A stretch of 64,000 bases of DNA from a virus, in IMG/VR virus record IMGVR_UViG_3300032224_001591, positions 64,001-128,000 of that record. One strand, given 5' to 3'. Below the pieces are notes generated by a model. That model was not told the DNA's origin. It worked only from the letters and a program-made list of their open reading frames with translations, and did no database searches. This document shows, piece by piece, positions 54,303 to 63,494 of the stretch. The first letter of the stretch is position 1. Each line of letters begins with the position of its first letter. A program made the translations under genes and the position numbers.

Positions 54303-54938
54303 ATGGAGTTATTAAAAAAATCAAATGGTAGTTTACCACGTACACAAGACGAAGTTAATCAAATGATTGACCAAGCTGAAAAAGCGTATGGTGAATTTCT
54401 CACAGCAGTAGGTTTTGACTATAAAGCAGATCGTCAAACTGAAGATACACCTCGTCGTGTAGCTAAAGCATGGTTAAAAGATTTAATCGTGGGTTCAATT
54501 ACAGATGAACCAAATATTACAGTATTCCCTAATGACGATGGTTATGATGGATTAGTAATCCAATCAGGTATTCCTATTGTTAGTATGTGTGCACATCACA
54601 ACTTAGCATTTACTGGATTTGCTACAGTAGCATACGTACCAGGTGAAAATGTAATTGGATTATCTAAATTAAATCGTATTGTAGAATGGTTTAGTCGTCG
54701 TCCACAAATGCAAGAGTCATTAACACAACAAATTCATGATTACTTAGCTACTAAAATGGATTGTCCCTCTGTAGCAGTAAGTATTGCTTGTAAACATACA
54801 TGCTGTAGTTCAAGAGGAATAAAGCATAATTCAACAATGACAACTAACAAATTTTCTGGGGTATTTATGGATCCTAGTAACTTAATTCGTGAAGAATTTT
54901 TACACGCAATTGAAGTTAATGGAACTAAAATGAAATAA
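54303..54938 (+). CDS. folE: GTP cyclohydrolase I
   Basis: TPRRVAK, SMCAHH, IGLSKLNRIV...RRPQMQE.LT, H.C..SRG. Confidence 0.93.
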   Translation: MELLKKSNGSLPRTQDEVNQMIDQAEKAYGEFLTAVGFDYKADRQTEDTPRRVAKAWLKDLIVGSITDEPNITVFPNDDGYDGLVIQSGIPIVSMCAHHNLAFTGFATVAYVPGENVIGLSKLNRIVEWFSRRPQMQESLTQQIHDYLATKMDCPSVAVSIACKHTCCSSRGIKHNSTMTTNKFSGVFMDPSNLIREEFLHAIEVNGTKMK

Positions 54939-54939
54939 T

Positions 54940-55101
54940 ATGCAACCAAAAGAATCAAAATCAAGTAGACACTTTAAAATTAGCTTAATTAAATCAGCAT
55001 TTAGAATAATAGCGGGTGCTGCTCTAGCAATGGGAAATTTATATATAGCAGGAGCAACGCTTGTAGTAGCTGAATTATTAGGTATTGTAGAAGAATTATA
55101 A
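54940..55101 (+). CDS. Small membrane protein (53 aa); not in the ORF track
   Basis: MQPKESKSSRHFKISLIKSAFRIIAGAALAMG...AELLGIVEEL*. Confidence 0.6.
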   Translation: MQPKESKSSRHFKISLIKSAFRIIAGAALAMGNLYIAGATLVVAELLGIVEEL

Positions 55102-55112
55102 AAATATAAGTT

Positions 55113-55595
55113 ATGGAAAAAACAAATTATGTTCCATTTGTAAGTGAAGTAGAAATATTTAACGCTACAATGGGAAAACCAAACAATTACTCCCCTGTAA
55201 TTCCAGAAGAAAAAGAATGGATGTTTGTGTATAATTTTATTCTTGAAGAATTAGAAGAATACAAACACGCTTGTGAAACTGGAAATATTGTTGAAGTATT
55301 AGATGCACTTTGCGATATCGCTTATGTATCAATAGGTAATGGAGTAATGTTACACGGTTTAAAAGATCAAATATTACCAGCATATGCTGAAGTGCAAGCA
55401 TCAAATATGTCTAAAGCTTGTAAAACTGAAGAAGAAGCAATTGAAACCGTAAAAGTAAGAAGCGTTGAACAAAATGCTGATTGCTATTATGAAAAACAAG
55501 GTGAATTTTGGGTTGTGTATCGTACGTATGATCGTAAAGTAATGAAAAGTATAAATTACTTTAAACCAAATCTTAAACAATTTTTAAATAAATAA
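55113..55595 (+). CDS. MazG-like / PRA-PH family nucleotide pyrophosphohydrolase
   Basis: EELEEY, EVLDALCDIAYV, VQASNMSK. Confidence 0.8.
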   Translation: MEKTNYVPFVSEVEIFNATMGKPNNYSPVIPEEKEWMFVYNFILEELEEYKHACETGNIVEVLDALCDIAYVSIGNGVMLHGLKDQILPAYAEVQASNMSKACKTEEEAIETVKVRSVEQNADCYYEKQGEFWVVYRTYDRKVMKSINYFKPNLKQFLNK

Positions 55596-55597
55596 AC

Positions 55598-55903
55598 ATG
55601 ACACAAGAAACAAGAAATGCAATTAATGCTTTAAAAGAAGTTATTTTTTCATCTAACCCAAATCCAAGATATGGAGCTATGATTGAAGCTTTAAACGCTT
55701 TAGAAGCAACATTACCTGTAGAAGAAGTAGTTGTAGCTAAATTAGAAGAAGTTAAAGCAGAAATTATCCATGAGATGCAAGAATTAGGTGCTACTGAAGA
55801 ACAAATAGAAAATGTTGTAGAAGAAGTACAAGAAGCAATTGAGGAAGTAGTTACTCCTAAAAAGAAAACTACTAAAAAAACAACTGACACTCCAACAGTA
55901 TAA
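55598..55903 (+). CDS. Acidic hypothetical protein with basic tail
   Basis: 101 aa, Glu/Val-rich, ends PKKKTTKK. Confidence 0.55.
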   Translation: MTQETRNAINALKEVIFSSNPNPRYGAMIEALNALEATLPVEEVVVAKLEEVKAEIIHEMQELGATEEQIENVVEEVQEAIEEVVTPKKKTTKKTTDTPTV

Positions 55904-55930
55904 TTTAATTTAAAAACGGTTTTGTAAATA

Positions 55931-58525
55931 ATGTATCAAAGTATATATTACGATAGAGAAGAAAAACAATATTATCTTAGAGATGATAAACGAGGATGGA
56001 AACAATTTCAATATTGGCCTACTTACTATTTCCCTCATGAAGATGGAGAGTTTGAAACTCTAGATGGTAATAGAGTAATGCCTACTAAAAAAATAGCTGA
56101 CTGGAATGATGTTAGTTATTATGAAAAAGATGTAGACAAATGTACTCGATTGCTTGTAGATTATTATTACGAATCTGACGATACGCCTAATTATCACAAT
56201 ATCGTTTACCTGGATATTGAGTGTGAAATAGCAGGAGCATTGACTGAAGAAAGCATCAAAAATGCTCCTACTAAAATCACATCGGTAGCTCTATATGATA
56301 ACAATAGTAAAAAATACTACTGTTTAATTCTAGATGAAACCAAATCAATGAAATCAGTAAGCGATGAAAGTAAAGAAGTAATTCCGTATCACACTGAAAA
56401 AGAATTATTACGTGGATTTTTAGATTTTTGGATTGAACTAGATCCAACAATCATTTCAGGTTGGAACAGTGGTTTCTTTGATATCCCTTATTTGTATTAT
56501 CGTATTAGTAAGGTATTAGGAGAAGCAGTTGCTAATACTTTATCCCCACTAGGTAAAATTACATTTACACCTCAATTCCCAGAACAACCTGTAAACATAG
56601 CAGGTGTTAGTCACTTAGACTATTTATTATTATTTAAGAAATTTATAACAAAACAAGAACCGAGTTATCGTTTAGGTGACATAGGTACAAAATATGTTAA
56701 GTTAGGCAAAATTGATTATCATGGTTCGTTAGACAAATTATTTAAAGAAGATGTAAATAAGTTTATTGAGTATAATATTCGTGACGTTGAGATTATTGTT
56801 GAATTAGAAAAGAGTCAAAAATTTATTGATTTAACAGTTGCAATTGCTCACTTATGCCATACTGAATATGAACAAATATTCTTCTCAACGGTGTTAAATG
56901 AAGGTGCTATTTTAACTTACTTAAAACGTAAAGGTATTGTTTCACCTAATAAACCAACTACATACAATCCAGCTTTAAGAGAGTTAAAGGAAGAATATGC
57001 TGGTGGTTACCTAAAAGATCCGGTTCCGGGTTTATATGAGTGGGTTATTGACTTGGACTTTACATCACTATATCCTTCAATCATTCGTTCTCTTAATATG
57101 GGAATTGAAACATTAGTAGGACGTGTTGTAAATAGAGGTAAATTTGATAATCAATGGTCACTTAAAGAATTAAAGGAAATGGATCCTGAATTCGTTGTAA
57201 CTATTGAAAAAGTAAAAAAAGATAAACGATTATCTCAAGCACAAATCACTGTAGGTAAATTAATCGAATTAATCGAAGGAAATGATTTATTAATTTCAGC
57301 ACCCGGTGTTATGTTCCGTAAAGACAAAACAAGTGTAGTGTGTGAAATTCTATCTGACTGGTTTGCTAAACGTCAAGAATATAAAAAGTTGATGAAGAAA
57401 GCATACAAAGAAGATAAAGATCCGGTTATGGGCGAATTTTATAATCGCCGTCAACACGCATATAAAATTAAATTAAACGACGTTTATGGTGTATTCGCTA
57501 TCAATAGTTGGAGATACACAGACGGAAATAAATTCATTTCTAAAGCAATTACTTTAACCGGTCAACGTTTAATCCAAGAATCTATCAAATTCACAAATGA
57601 TTGGATAAATGAACAATTAGGTACCAAAAATAAAGATTACATTGTAACTTCAGATACCGATTCATTGTTTATTCAAGTTAAGGATTTAATATTAAAACGT
57701 AATCCAAGTCTAAAAAATGCACCACGTAACGAAATCACAGCTGAAGTATTAAAAGTAGCTACTGAAATACAAAAATTAGCAAATAATAATCTTCACATAA
57801 TGGTTAAGGAATTATTTAATGTTGATTATCCTAACGAACCTCATTACTTTGAATTAAAACAAGAGGTTATACTTGAAAGGGGCTATTTCTCAGGTAAAAG
57901 AAGATATGCTCAATTTATTGTAAATAAGGAAGGTGTACCCGTAGAAGAACTAGACATGAAGGGCTTAGATCTAATGAAATCTAATTTTCCACCATTGTTT
58001 AGAGATTTTGGAGAACATATCCTTAAAGAACTTATGTTTGGTAAAACTAAATCTTCTATTGATAAACAAATTTTAGACTTTAGAACATCACTACGAACAG
58101 TAGAATGGGAAAAAATACTTAAACCAACTGGTTTAAAGAAATTAGAAGAATATATTGCACGGGGACCAAGTGCAGGTGAAATATTTTCTAAATTAGCACT
58201 AAAATGTCCTATTAATACTAAAGCAGCAATTTATTATAACGATATGCTTCGTTTTAAAAAATTAGATAAAAAATTTCCATGCTTTCAAATTGGTGATAAA
58301 ATGTTTATTGCTTATTTAAAAGAAAATCCATATCAAATAGAGGTTATAGGATTCAACGGATACAATGATCCTCCAGAAATAATGGAATTTATTGAAAAAT
58401 ATATTGACCGTGATGGTATCTTTGAATCAGTTATGAAAAATAAATTAGAATCGGTTTATAGTGATTTAGGATGGGGTGCGCCGGTATTTAATAACAACGT
58501 AAGCAAGTTTTTCTCATTTGGCTAA
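55931..58525 (+). CDS. Family B DNA polymerase (T4 gp43-like)
   Basis: Exonuclease motifs LDIE, GWNS.FFDIPY, YNIRDV; polymerase motifs DLDFTSLYPS, KIKLNDVYG, SDTDS, KRRYA. Confidence 0.95.
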   Translation: MYQSIYYDREEKQYYLRDDKRGWKQFQYWPTYYFPHEDGEFETLDGNRVMPTKKIADWNDVSYYEKDVDKCTRLLVDYYYESDDTPNYHNIVYLDIECEIAGALTEESIKNAPTKITSVALYDNNSKKYYCLILDETKSMKSVSDESKEVIPYHTEKELLRGFLDFWIELDPTIISGWNSGFFDIPYLYYRISKVLGEAVANTLSPLGKITFTPQFPEQPVNIAGVSHLDYLLLFKKFITKQEPSYRLGDIGTKYVKLGKIDYHGSLDKLFKEDVNKFIEYNIRDVEIIVELEKSQKFIDLTVAIAHLCHTEYEQIFFSTVLNEGAILTYLKRKGIVSPNKPTTYNPALRELKEEYAGGYLKDPVPGLYEWVIDLDFTSLYPSIIRSLNMGIETLVGRVVNRGKFDNQWSLKELKEMDPEFVVTIEKVKKDKRLSQAQITVGKLIELIEGNDLLISAPGVMFRKDKTSVVCEILSDWFAKRQEYKKLMKKAYKEDKDPVMGEFYNRRQHAYKIKLNDVYGVFAINSWRYTDGNKFISKAITLTGQRLIQESIKFTNDWINEQLGTKNKDYIVTSDTDSLFIQVKDLILKRNPSLKNAPRNEITAEVLKVATEIQKLANNNLHIMVKELFNVDYPNEPHYFELKQEVILERGYFSGKRRYAQFIVNKEGVPVEELDMKGLDLMKSNFPPLFRDFGEHILKELMFGKTKSSIDKQILDFRTSLRTVEWEKILKPTGLKKLEEYIARGPSAGEIFSKLALKCPINTKAAIYYNDMLRFKKLDKKFPCFQIGDKMFIAYLKENPYQIEVIGFNGYNDPPEIMEFIEKYIDRDGIFESVMKNKLESVYSDLGWGAPVFNNNVSKFFSFG

Positions 58526-58546
58526 GCCAAAAAAATTTATTATATT
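58517..58546 (+). promoter_or_regulatory. Putative promoter TTTGG-N19-TATATT
   Basis: tttggctaagccaaaaaaatttattatatt. Confidence 0.7.
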
Positions 58547-58554
58547 AATAGTAT

Positions 58555-59295
58555 ATGATTAGCAAATTAGATTTAGTATCCGTTATTTCAAAGTATTATT
58601 TGAACGGAATGAATGAAGCAGTTAGATGGGAAATTAAAGACGAAACAGTAAACATTAAATTTACTTCCCCTGCAAAAGAAATGATTGGTAGTGTTGTTTT
58701 CAAAGGAATGCCTCTTGAAGATTCAACTATTGCTATTAGTAATACTACTCAATTGATTAAATTGTTATCTATTACAAGTGGTTATTTAAAATTAGATTAT
58801 GTTAAACAACATAAACTGATTGAAAAACTTATGGTAGCTGATAATCAATTTACACTTAATTATGCTTTAGCAGATTTGATGATTATTCCTAAAACAGGTG
58901 AATTGAATGGAGAAATTGCATTTAATATGGAAGCTGATTTAGACAATGAAAGTATCAATGCTATTGTAAAAGCAAAATCAGCATTAGCTGAAAGTGAAAC
59001 TGTAGTAATTAAACCAACTTCAAACGATGATGGTGAATTTCAATTAGAATTGGAATTTGGTGGTAATGTAGAATATGCTAATAAAGTATCATTTTATATT
59101 CCTAATGTAGAAACTACAAACATACCAGATGAATTTAAAGTACATTACAATTCAAACATGATTAAAGAAATTATGTATTGTAATAAAGATATGGCATCAG
59201 GTCGTATTGCTATAAATTTAGATGGTTTAATGAAATTAGAGTTCGAGAACGATACTCTTAAAAGTACTTATTACCTTGTTGCAAATGAAATATAA
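58555..59295 (+). CDS. DNA polymerase sliding clamp (gp45/PCNA-like)
   Basis: 246 aa, located between PolB and the clamp loader; C-terminal GLMKLEF....STYYLV. Confidence 0.7.
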   Translation: MISKLDLVSVISKYYLNGMNEAVRWEIKDETVNIKFTSPAKEMIGSVVFKGMPLEDSTIAISNTTQLIKLLSITSGYLKLDYVKQHKLIEKLMVADNQFTLNYALADLMIIPKTGELNGEIAFNMEADLDNESINAIVKAKSALAESETVVIKPTSNDDGEFQLELEFGGNVEYANKVSFYIPNVETTNIPDEFKVHYNSNMIKEIMYCNKDMASGRIAINLDGLMKLEFENDTLKSTYYLVANEI

Positions 59296-59340
59296 GGCAA
59301 CATATTTATAATATATAAACAAAGTTTTAAAAAATAGTCT

Positions 59341-59631
59341 ATGAAATTACAAGCAGTTTACAATGCAATTATTGTAAAGCCCTTCGATGAAGAGGAAACA
59401 ATGTACGGAAACATTATCGTTCCAGATTTAGGAAAAGAAAGAAATTTAAGCGGCACTATTGTGTCTGTAGGACCTGGTCAACATTCCATCTCAGGTGAAC
59501 TTTTACCTACATTATTAAAAGTAGGTCAAAAAGTTATTTTACCCCAAATGGGACCTGTAAAAGTAGAACATGATGGTATTGAATATTATGTGTGCCCAGA
59601 AAACCAAGTATTGGCAATTATAAACGATTAA
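59341..59631 (+). CDS. groES: Co-chaperonin GroES
   Basis: GNIIVPD..KE...GTIVSVGPG, LKVGQKV, ENQVLAII. Confidence 0.9.
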   Translation: MKLQAVYNAIIVKPFDEEETMYGNIIVPDLGKERNLSGTIVSVGPGQHSISGELLPTLLKVGQKVILPQMGPVKVEHDGIEYYVCPENQVLAIIND

Positions 59632-59641
59632 AATAAGTTAT

Positions 59642-61258
59642 ATGAGTAAAATTATAGAATTCGGCCCAGAAGCCCGTAGAAAGTTATCTAGTGGTGTTGA
59701 CAAATTGTCAAACGCAGTAACCGCAACTTTAGGTCCTAATGGACGTAACGTTGTTATTTCAAAACCAGGTGAATACCCTCAATCAACTAAAGATGGTGTT
59801 ACAGTAGCTAAAGCTATTACCTTAGAAGATCCAATTGAAGAATTAGGTGTTCAAATGGTTAAACAAGCAGCTATCAAAACTGCAGAAACAGCAGGTGATG
59901 GTACTACAACATCTACTTTATTAGCACAAGAAATGGTTAAACAAGGTTTAACTTATTTAAACAATGGAGCTAACGCTGTAGAAATTAAACGTAGTATTGA
60001 TGTTGCTGTTAGAGATGTTTTAAAACATATTCGTGAAGAAATTAAAGAAAATATTTCATCTGAAGATCAATTAAAACAAGTAGCATCCATTTCAGCTAAC
60101 AATGATCCAGCAATTGGAGAATTGATTGCAACGGCAATGCAAAAAGTAGGACGTGAAGGTGTTGTTCACATTGAAGAATCAAAATCAGGTGAAACGTATC
60201 TTGAAACAGTAGAAGGTATGCAATTTGATCGTGGTTATAAATCACCTTACTTTGTTACTGATAACAATACAATGTCTAGTACTTTAAATGATATTTTAGT
60301 TCTTATCTTAGATAAAAAAATTACTCAAGTAAAAGAATTATTACCTATTTTAGAAACAGTATCTGCTCAAAATAAATCATTATTGATTGTAGCTGAAGAT
60401 ATTGATGGTGAAGCATTAGCAACGTTGATCGTAAATAAAGCAAGAGGTATTTTAAAAGTATGTGCTGTTAAAGCTCCTGATTTTGGTGATCGTCGTAAAT
60501 TAATTCTTGAAGATTTAGCTATTTTAACAGGTGGTCAAGTAGTTAGTTCTGAAAAAGGAATGAAATTAGATCGTTTTAATACTGATTGGTTTGGTAAAGC
60601 TAGAGTAGCTACCATTGATAAAGACAATACAACTATTGTTGATGGTAAAGGTGAAGAAACAGCAATTAATCAACGAATTGAAGAATTACAAATCCAAATT
60701 GAAAATGCAAAATCACCATTTGAACAAGAAAAATTACAAGAACGTTTAGCTAAATTCATTGGCGGTGTAGCAATTATTCACGTTGGTGGAAACACTGAAA
60801 CTGAAATGAAAGAAACTAAAGATCGTGTTGACGATGCTTTACACGCTACAAAAGCAGCAATTGAAGAAGGTATTGTACCCGGTGGTGGAGTTACATTATT
60901 ACACGCACGTAACGGTATTAATAACCGCGATACTATTGGTTCTAAAATCGTTTGGAATGCTTGTGCTGCTCCATTTAAGAAAATACTTGAAAACGCAGGT
61001 TACGAACCTGAAAATGTTTACAATGCTATCAATGCCGTTACAGGTGGTGATTATTGGTTCGGATGGGATTTAAAAGCAGAAACATTTACTGATATGAAAG
61101 AAGCAGGAATTATTGATCCAGCCAAAGTAACACGTTGCGCTTTAGAAAATGCAGCATCCGTAGCAGGAACAATTTTATTAACAGAATGTACTGTTGTTGA
61201 CAAACCTGAAGAAAAGAAAGACCAACAAGGATTTGGAGACATGGGAGGAATGTATTAG
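59642..61258 (+). CDS. groEL: Chaperonin GroEL
   Basis: TLGPNGRNV, TKDGVTVAK, AGDGTTT, EGMQFDRGY.SPYF, GIIDPAKVTR.AL.NA.S, C-terminal MGGM. Confidence 0.97.
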   Translation: MSKIIEFGPEARRKLSSGVDKLSNAVTATLGPNGRNVVISKPGEYPQSTKDGVTVAKAITLEDPIEELGVQMVKQAAIKTAETAGDGTTTSTLLAQEMVKQGLTYLNNGANAVEIKRSIDVAVRDVLKHIREEIKENISSEDQLKQVASISANNDPAIGELIATAMQKVGREGVVHIEESKSGETYLETVEGMQFDRGYKSPYFVTDNNTMSSTLNDILVLILDKKITQVKELLPILETVSAQNKSLLIVAEDIDGEALATLIVNKARGILKVCAVKAPDFGDRRKLILEDLAILTGGQVVSSEKGMKLDRFNTDWFGKARVATIDKDNTTIVDGKGEETAINQRIEELQIQIENAKSPFEQEKLQERLAKFIGGVAIIHVGGNTETEMKETKDRVDDALHATKAAIEEGIVPGGGVTLLHARNGINNRDTIGSKIVWNACAAPFKKILENAGYEPENVYNAINAVTGGDYWFGWDLKAETFTDMKEAGIIDPAKVTRCALENAASVAGTILLTECTVVDKPEEKKDQQGFGDMGGMY

Positions 61259-61267
61259 ATTCAACCA

Positions 61268-61531
61268 ATGGCAAAGCAAGTAAAAGAAGTAAACATATTA
61301 ATCGCTACAAGAGTTCCACCTTCTGATAGGTGGAAACTTGTAAGTGATGGTCCTGAGGGAACAATTTACAAGTCGCTTACTGAAACATTAGAAGCATATT
61401 TTCAAAAAACAAAAGAACCTTGTGAATTTAGATTAGCTCCTTTAAAAGGAGAGTTGTATATGATTACAACAAAAGAAGAAACAATAAAGCAAGATCCTCC
61501 TAAGAAATACAACATTTACGGAGATCATTAA
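61268..61531 (+). CDS. Hypothetical protein
   Basis: IATRVPPSDRW; 87 aa. Confidence 0.6.
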   Translation: MAKQVKEVNILIATRVPPSDRWKLVSDGPEGTIYKSLTETLEAYFQKTKEPCEFRLAPLKGELYMITTKEETIKQDPPKKYNIYGDH

Positions 61532-61547
61532 GTTATAAAAATTAGTT

Positions 61548-62477
61548 ATGAAACAACACACAATTTGGAACGAATTGTATAGGCCAACGACCTTAGAAGG
61601 TTATGTTTGTACCGAAGAGAACAGAGACAAATTTCAGGAATTTATTGATAAACAAGATATTCCACACTTATTATTTGCTGGTAAACCTGGCTCAGGTAAA
61701 ACCACATTAGCAAAAATATTAGTTAATAACATTGATTGTGATTTTCTTTATATTAATGCTGCTGATGAAAGAAGTATGGATGTTATGAGAGAAAAAGTAG
61801 GTTCATTTGCTGCTGCTAGTAGCTTTAAACCACTTAAAATTGTAATACTAGACGAGGCAACTCATATATTGCAAGCATCTCAGGTAGTATTATTAAACAT
61901 GATGGAAACGTATAGTTTAAAAACCCGTTTTATATTAACAGGTAACTATCCAGAACGTTTAATAGATCCGCTTCGTAGTCGTTGTCAGGAATTTGATTTA
62001 CAACCACCATCAAAAAAGGTAATTGCTCAACATATTGACAATATCTTAAATAGTCAAAACATAGAACACACATTAGAAGATATTGCTGTTATAATTAAAA
62101 AATTCTACCCTGACTACAGACGAATTATTAACAGTTGTCAAAAATATACTGTAAATAATGTATTAAAATTAGATAACACAATCAATGTATCTAATGACTA
62201 TAAACAGCAAATACTGGCCGAATTAAAAGCACCAAATGCTAAATCGTTTAATACACTTAGACAAATATTGGCCGACGCTGATTTAAATGATTATGAGGAT
62301 TTATATCGATTTTTATATGATTCGTTAGGTGAATATTCTAAGAACAATGATGGTATTTTAATCATTTATATTGAAGAATACAAATTTCATTCATTATCAA
62401 GAGTAGACCAAGAAATATGTTTCATGGCTCTATTATCAAAAATATTACAAACAATTTCAAATAAAAAAGTACTATGA
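61548..62477 (+). CDS. Clamp loader large subunit (RFC / T4 gp44-like)
   Basis: W.ELYRP, HLLFAGKPGSGKTT, ILDEA, LRSRC. Confidence 0.92.
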   Translation: MKQHTIWNELYRPTTLEGYVCTEENRDKFQEFIDKQDIPHLLFAGKPGSGKTTLAKILVNNIDCDFLYINAADERSMDVMREKVGSFAAASSFKPLKIVILDEATHILQASQVVLLNMMETYSLKTRFILTGNYPERLIDPLRSRCQEFDLQPPSKKVIAQHIDNILNSQNIEHTLEDIAVIIKKFYPDYRRIINSCQKYTVNNVLKLDNTINVSNDYKQQILAELKAPNAKSFNTLRQILADADLNDYEDLYRFLYDSLGEYSKNNDGILIIYIEEYKFHSLSRVDQEICFMALLSKILQTISNKKVL

Positions 62478-62710
62478 ACCAACCAAAATTAAACATTGAC
62501 ATTAAGTCAACAACATCAATCACGTCTCCTGAAGGAAACAAATTATTTGCTGAAGGAGTTATTTTACGTAAAGTATCTAAATTTGTAGCTGGCACTCCAG
62601 AAGATGCAGTTATACCAGTACCAGTTTTTTATGATATAAAAACAGGAAATATATTAGTTGAAATGTTACCTAAAGAATTAAGAGAAGAATTTAGCAATGA
62701 CAATATTTGA
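62474..62710 (+). CDS. Conserved phage hypothetical protein
   Basis: GVILRKVSKF..GT..DAVIPVPVF. Confidence 0.6.
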   Translation: MNQPKLNIDIKSTTSITSPEGNKLFAEGVILRKVSKFVAGTPEDAVIPVPVFYDIKTGNILVEMLPKELREEFSNDNI

Positions 62711-63119
62711 TTGGCTTAAACAAATAACAGGAGAGAAACGTAGATGGGAATTATTTACAGAAGTTGAAAAGGAGTCATTTAACCCTTATATGACTCATCG
62801 TTTCATCAGTATGTATGAAGGATATATTAATATAGCAAATTACATTCAAACCATACCATACACCGAAAAAGAAAAAATCTATAAAATCTATTGCGACATG
62901 ATTCCGAAAAAAAATGTTTTTTTAAAGTACATTAAGTCATCTAAAAAACGTACCCCCGACACTCTTTTACAGTACATTGCTAAAGAATATACCGTTTCGC
63001 TTGGAGAAGCCGAAGAATATTCGTATATTCTAGGTAAAGCTGGCATTATTCATATTCTACATAAACATGGTGTAGATGAAAAAGAACAGAAAAAATTATT
63101 AAAAGACTTAATTCTATGA
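62697..63119 (+). CDS. Clamp loader small subunit (T4 gp62-like)
   Basis: FDWLKQI, FNPYMTHRFIS, FLKYIK, S..EAEEY. Confidence 0.65.
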   Translation: MTIFDWLKQITGEKRRWELFTEVEKESFNPYMTHRFISMYEGYINIANYIQTIPYTEKEKIYKIYCDMIPKKNVFLKYIKSSKKRTPDTLLQYIAKEYTVSLGEAEEYSYILGKAGIIHILHKHGVDEKEQKKLLKDLIL

Positions 63120-63493
63120 CAAAAAACAATGAGTTATATCCTTACTCATATGAGAATCAAAATGCAATAAAAGCATTTGAAGAAACATATCCTACATTAG
63201 CTGAAGAATTTAAAAAAATTCAAACCGAACAATACGCTTTGTTTGCTAAAAAAATGATGGATTACGGAATTGGAAATATTGCTTTAGGATCAGATTTATC
63301 AGATGCTGAAGATGTAAAATTCTCAATTATGGGAATTTGGTTGCGTTGCAGTGATAAAATTAACCGCCTAAAAAACTTACTTAAAAATGGTAAGAATTAT
63401 GTTGGTGGAGAAGGAATGATTGATAGTTTTATAGACATTGCTAATTATGGAATTATAGCAATGATGGTTTTACGAAATAAATGGAAAAAATAA
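63116..63493 (+). CDS. DUF1599 / nucleotide-modification-associated domain protein
   Basis: KK..DYG, R..DKINRL.NL, DSFIDIANYGIIA. Confidence 0.7.
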   Translation: MTKNNELYPYSYENQNAIKAFEETYPTLAEEFKKIQTEQYALFAKKMMDYGIGNIALGSDLSDAEDVKFSIMGIWLRCSDKINRLKNLLKNGKNYVGGEGMIDSFIDIANYGIIAMMVLRNKWKK

Positions 63494-63494
63494 A

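Noticed and set aside
33598-58525. Inteins or introns in the helicase, NrdA, NrdB or PolB
   Set aside because: Protein lengths are normal or compact, with no splicing motifs or interrupted frames.
8045-61242. Numerous short minus-strand and nested ORFs from the track
   Set aside because: They lie within or across well-supported + strand genes and show no recognisable motifs.
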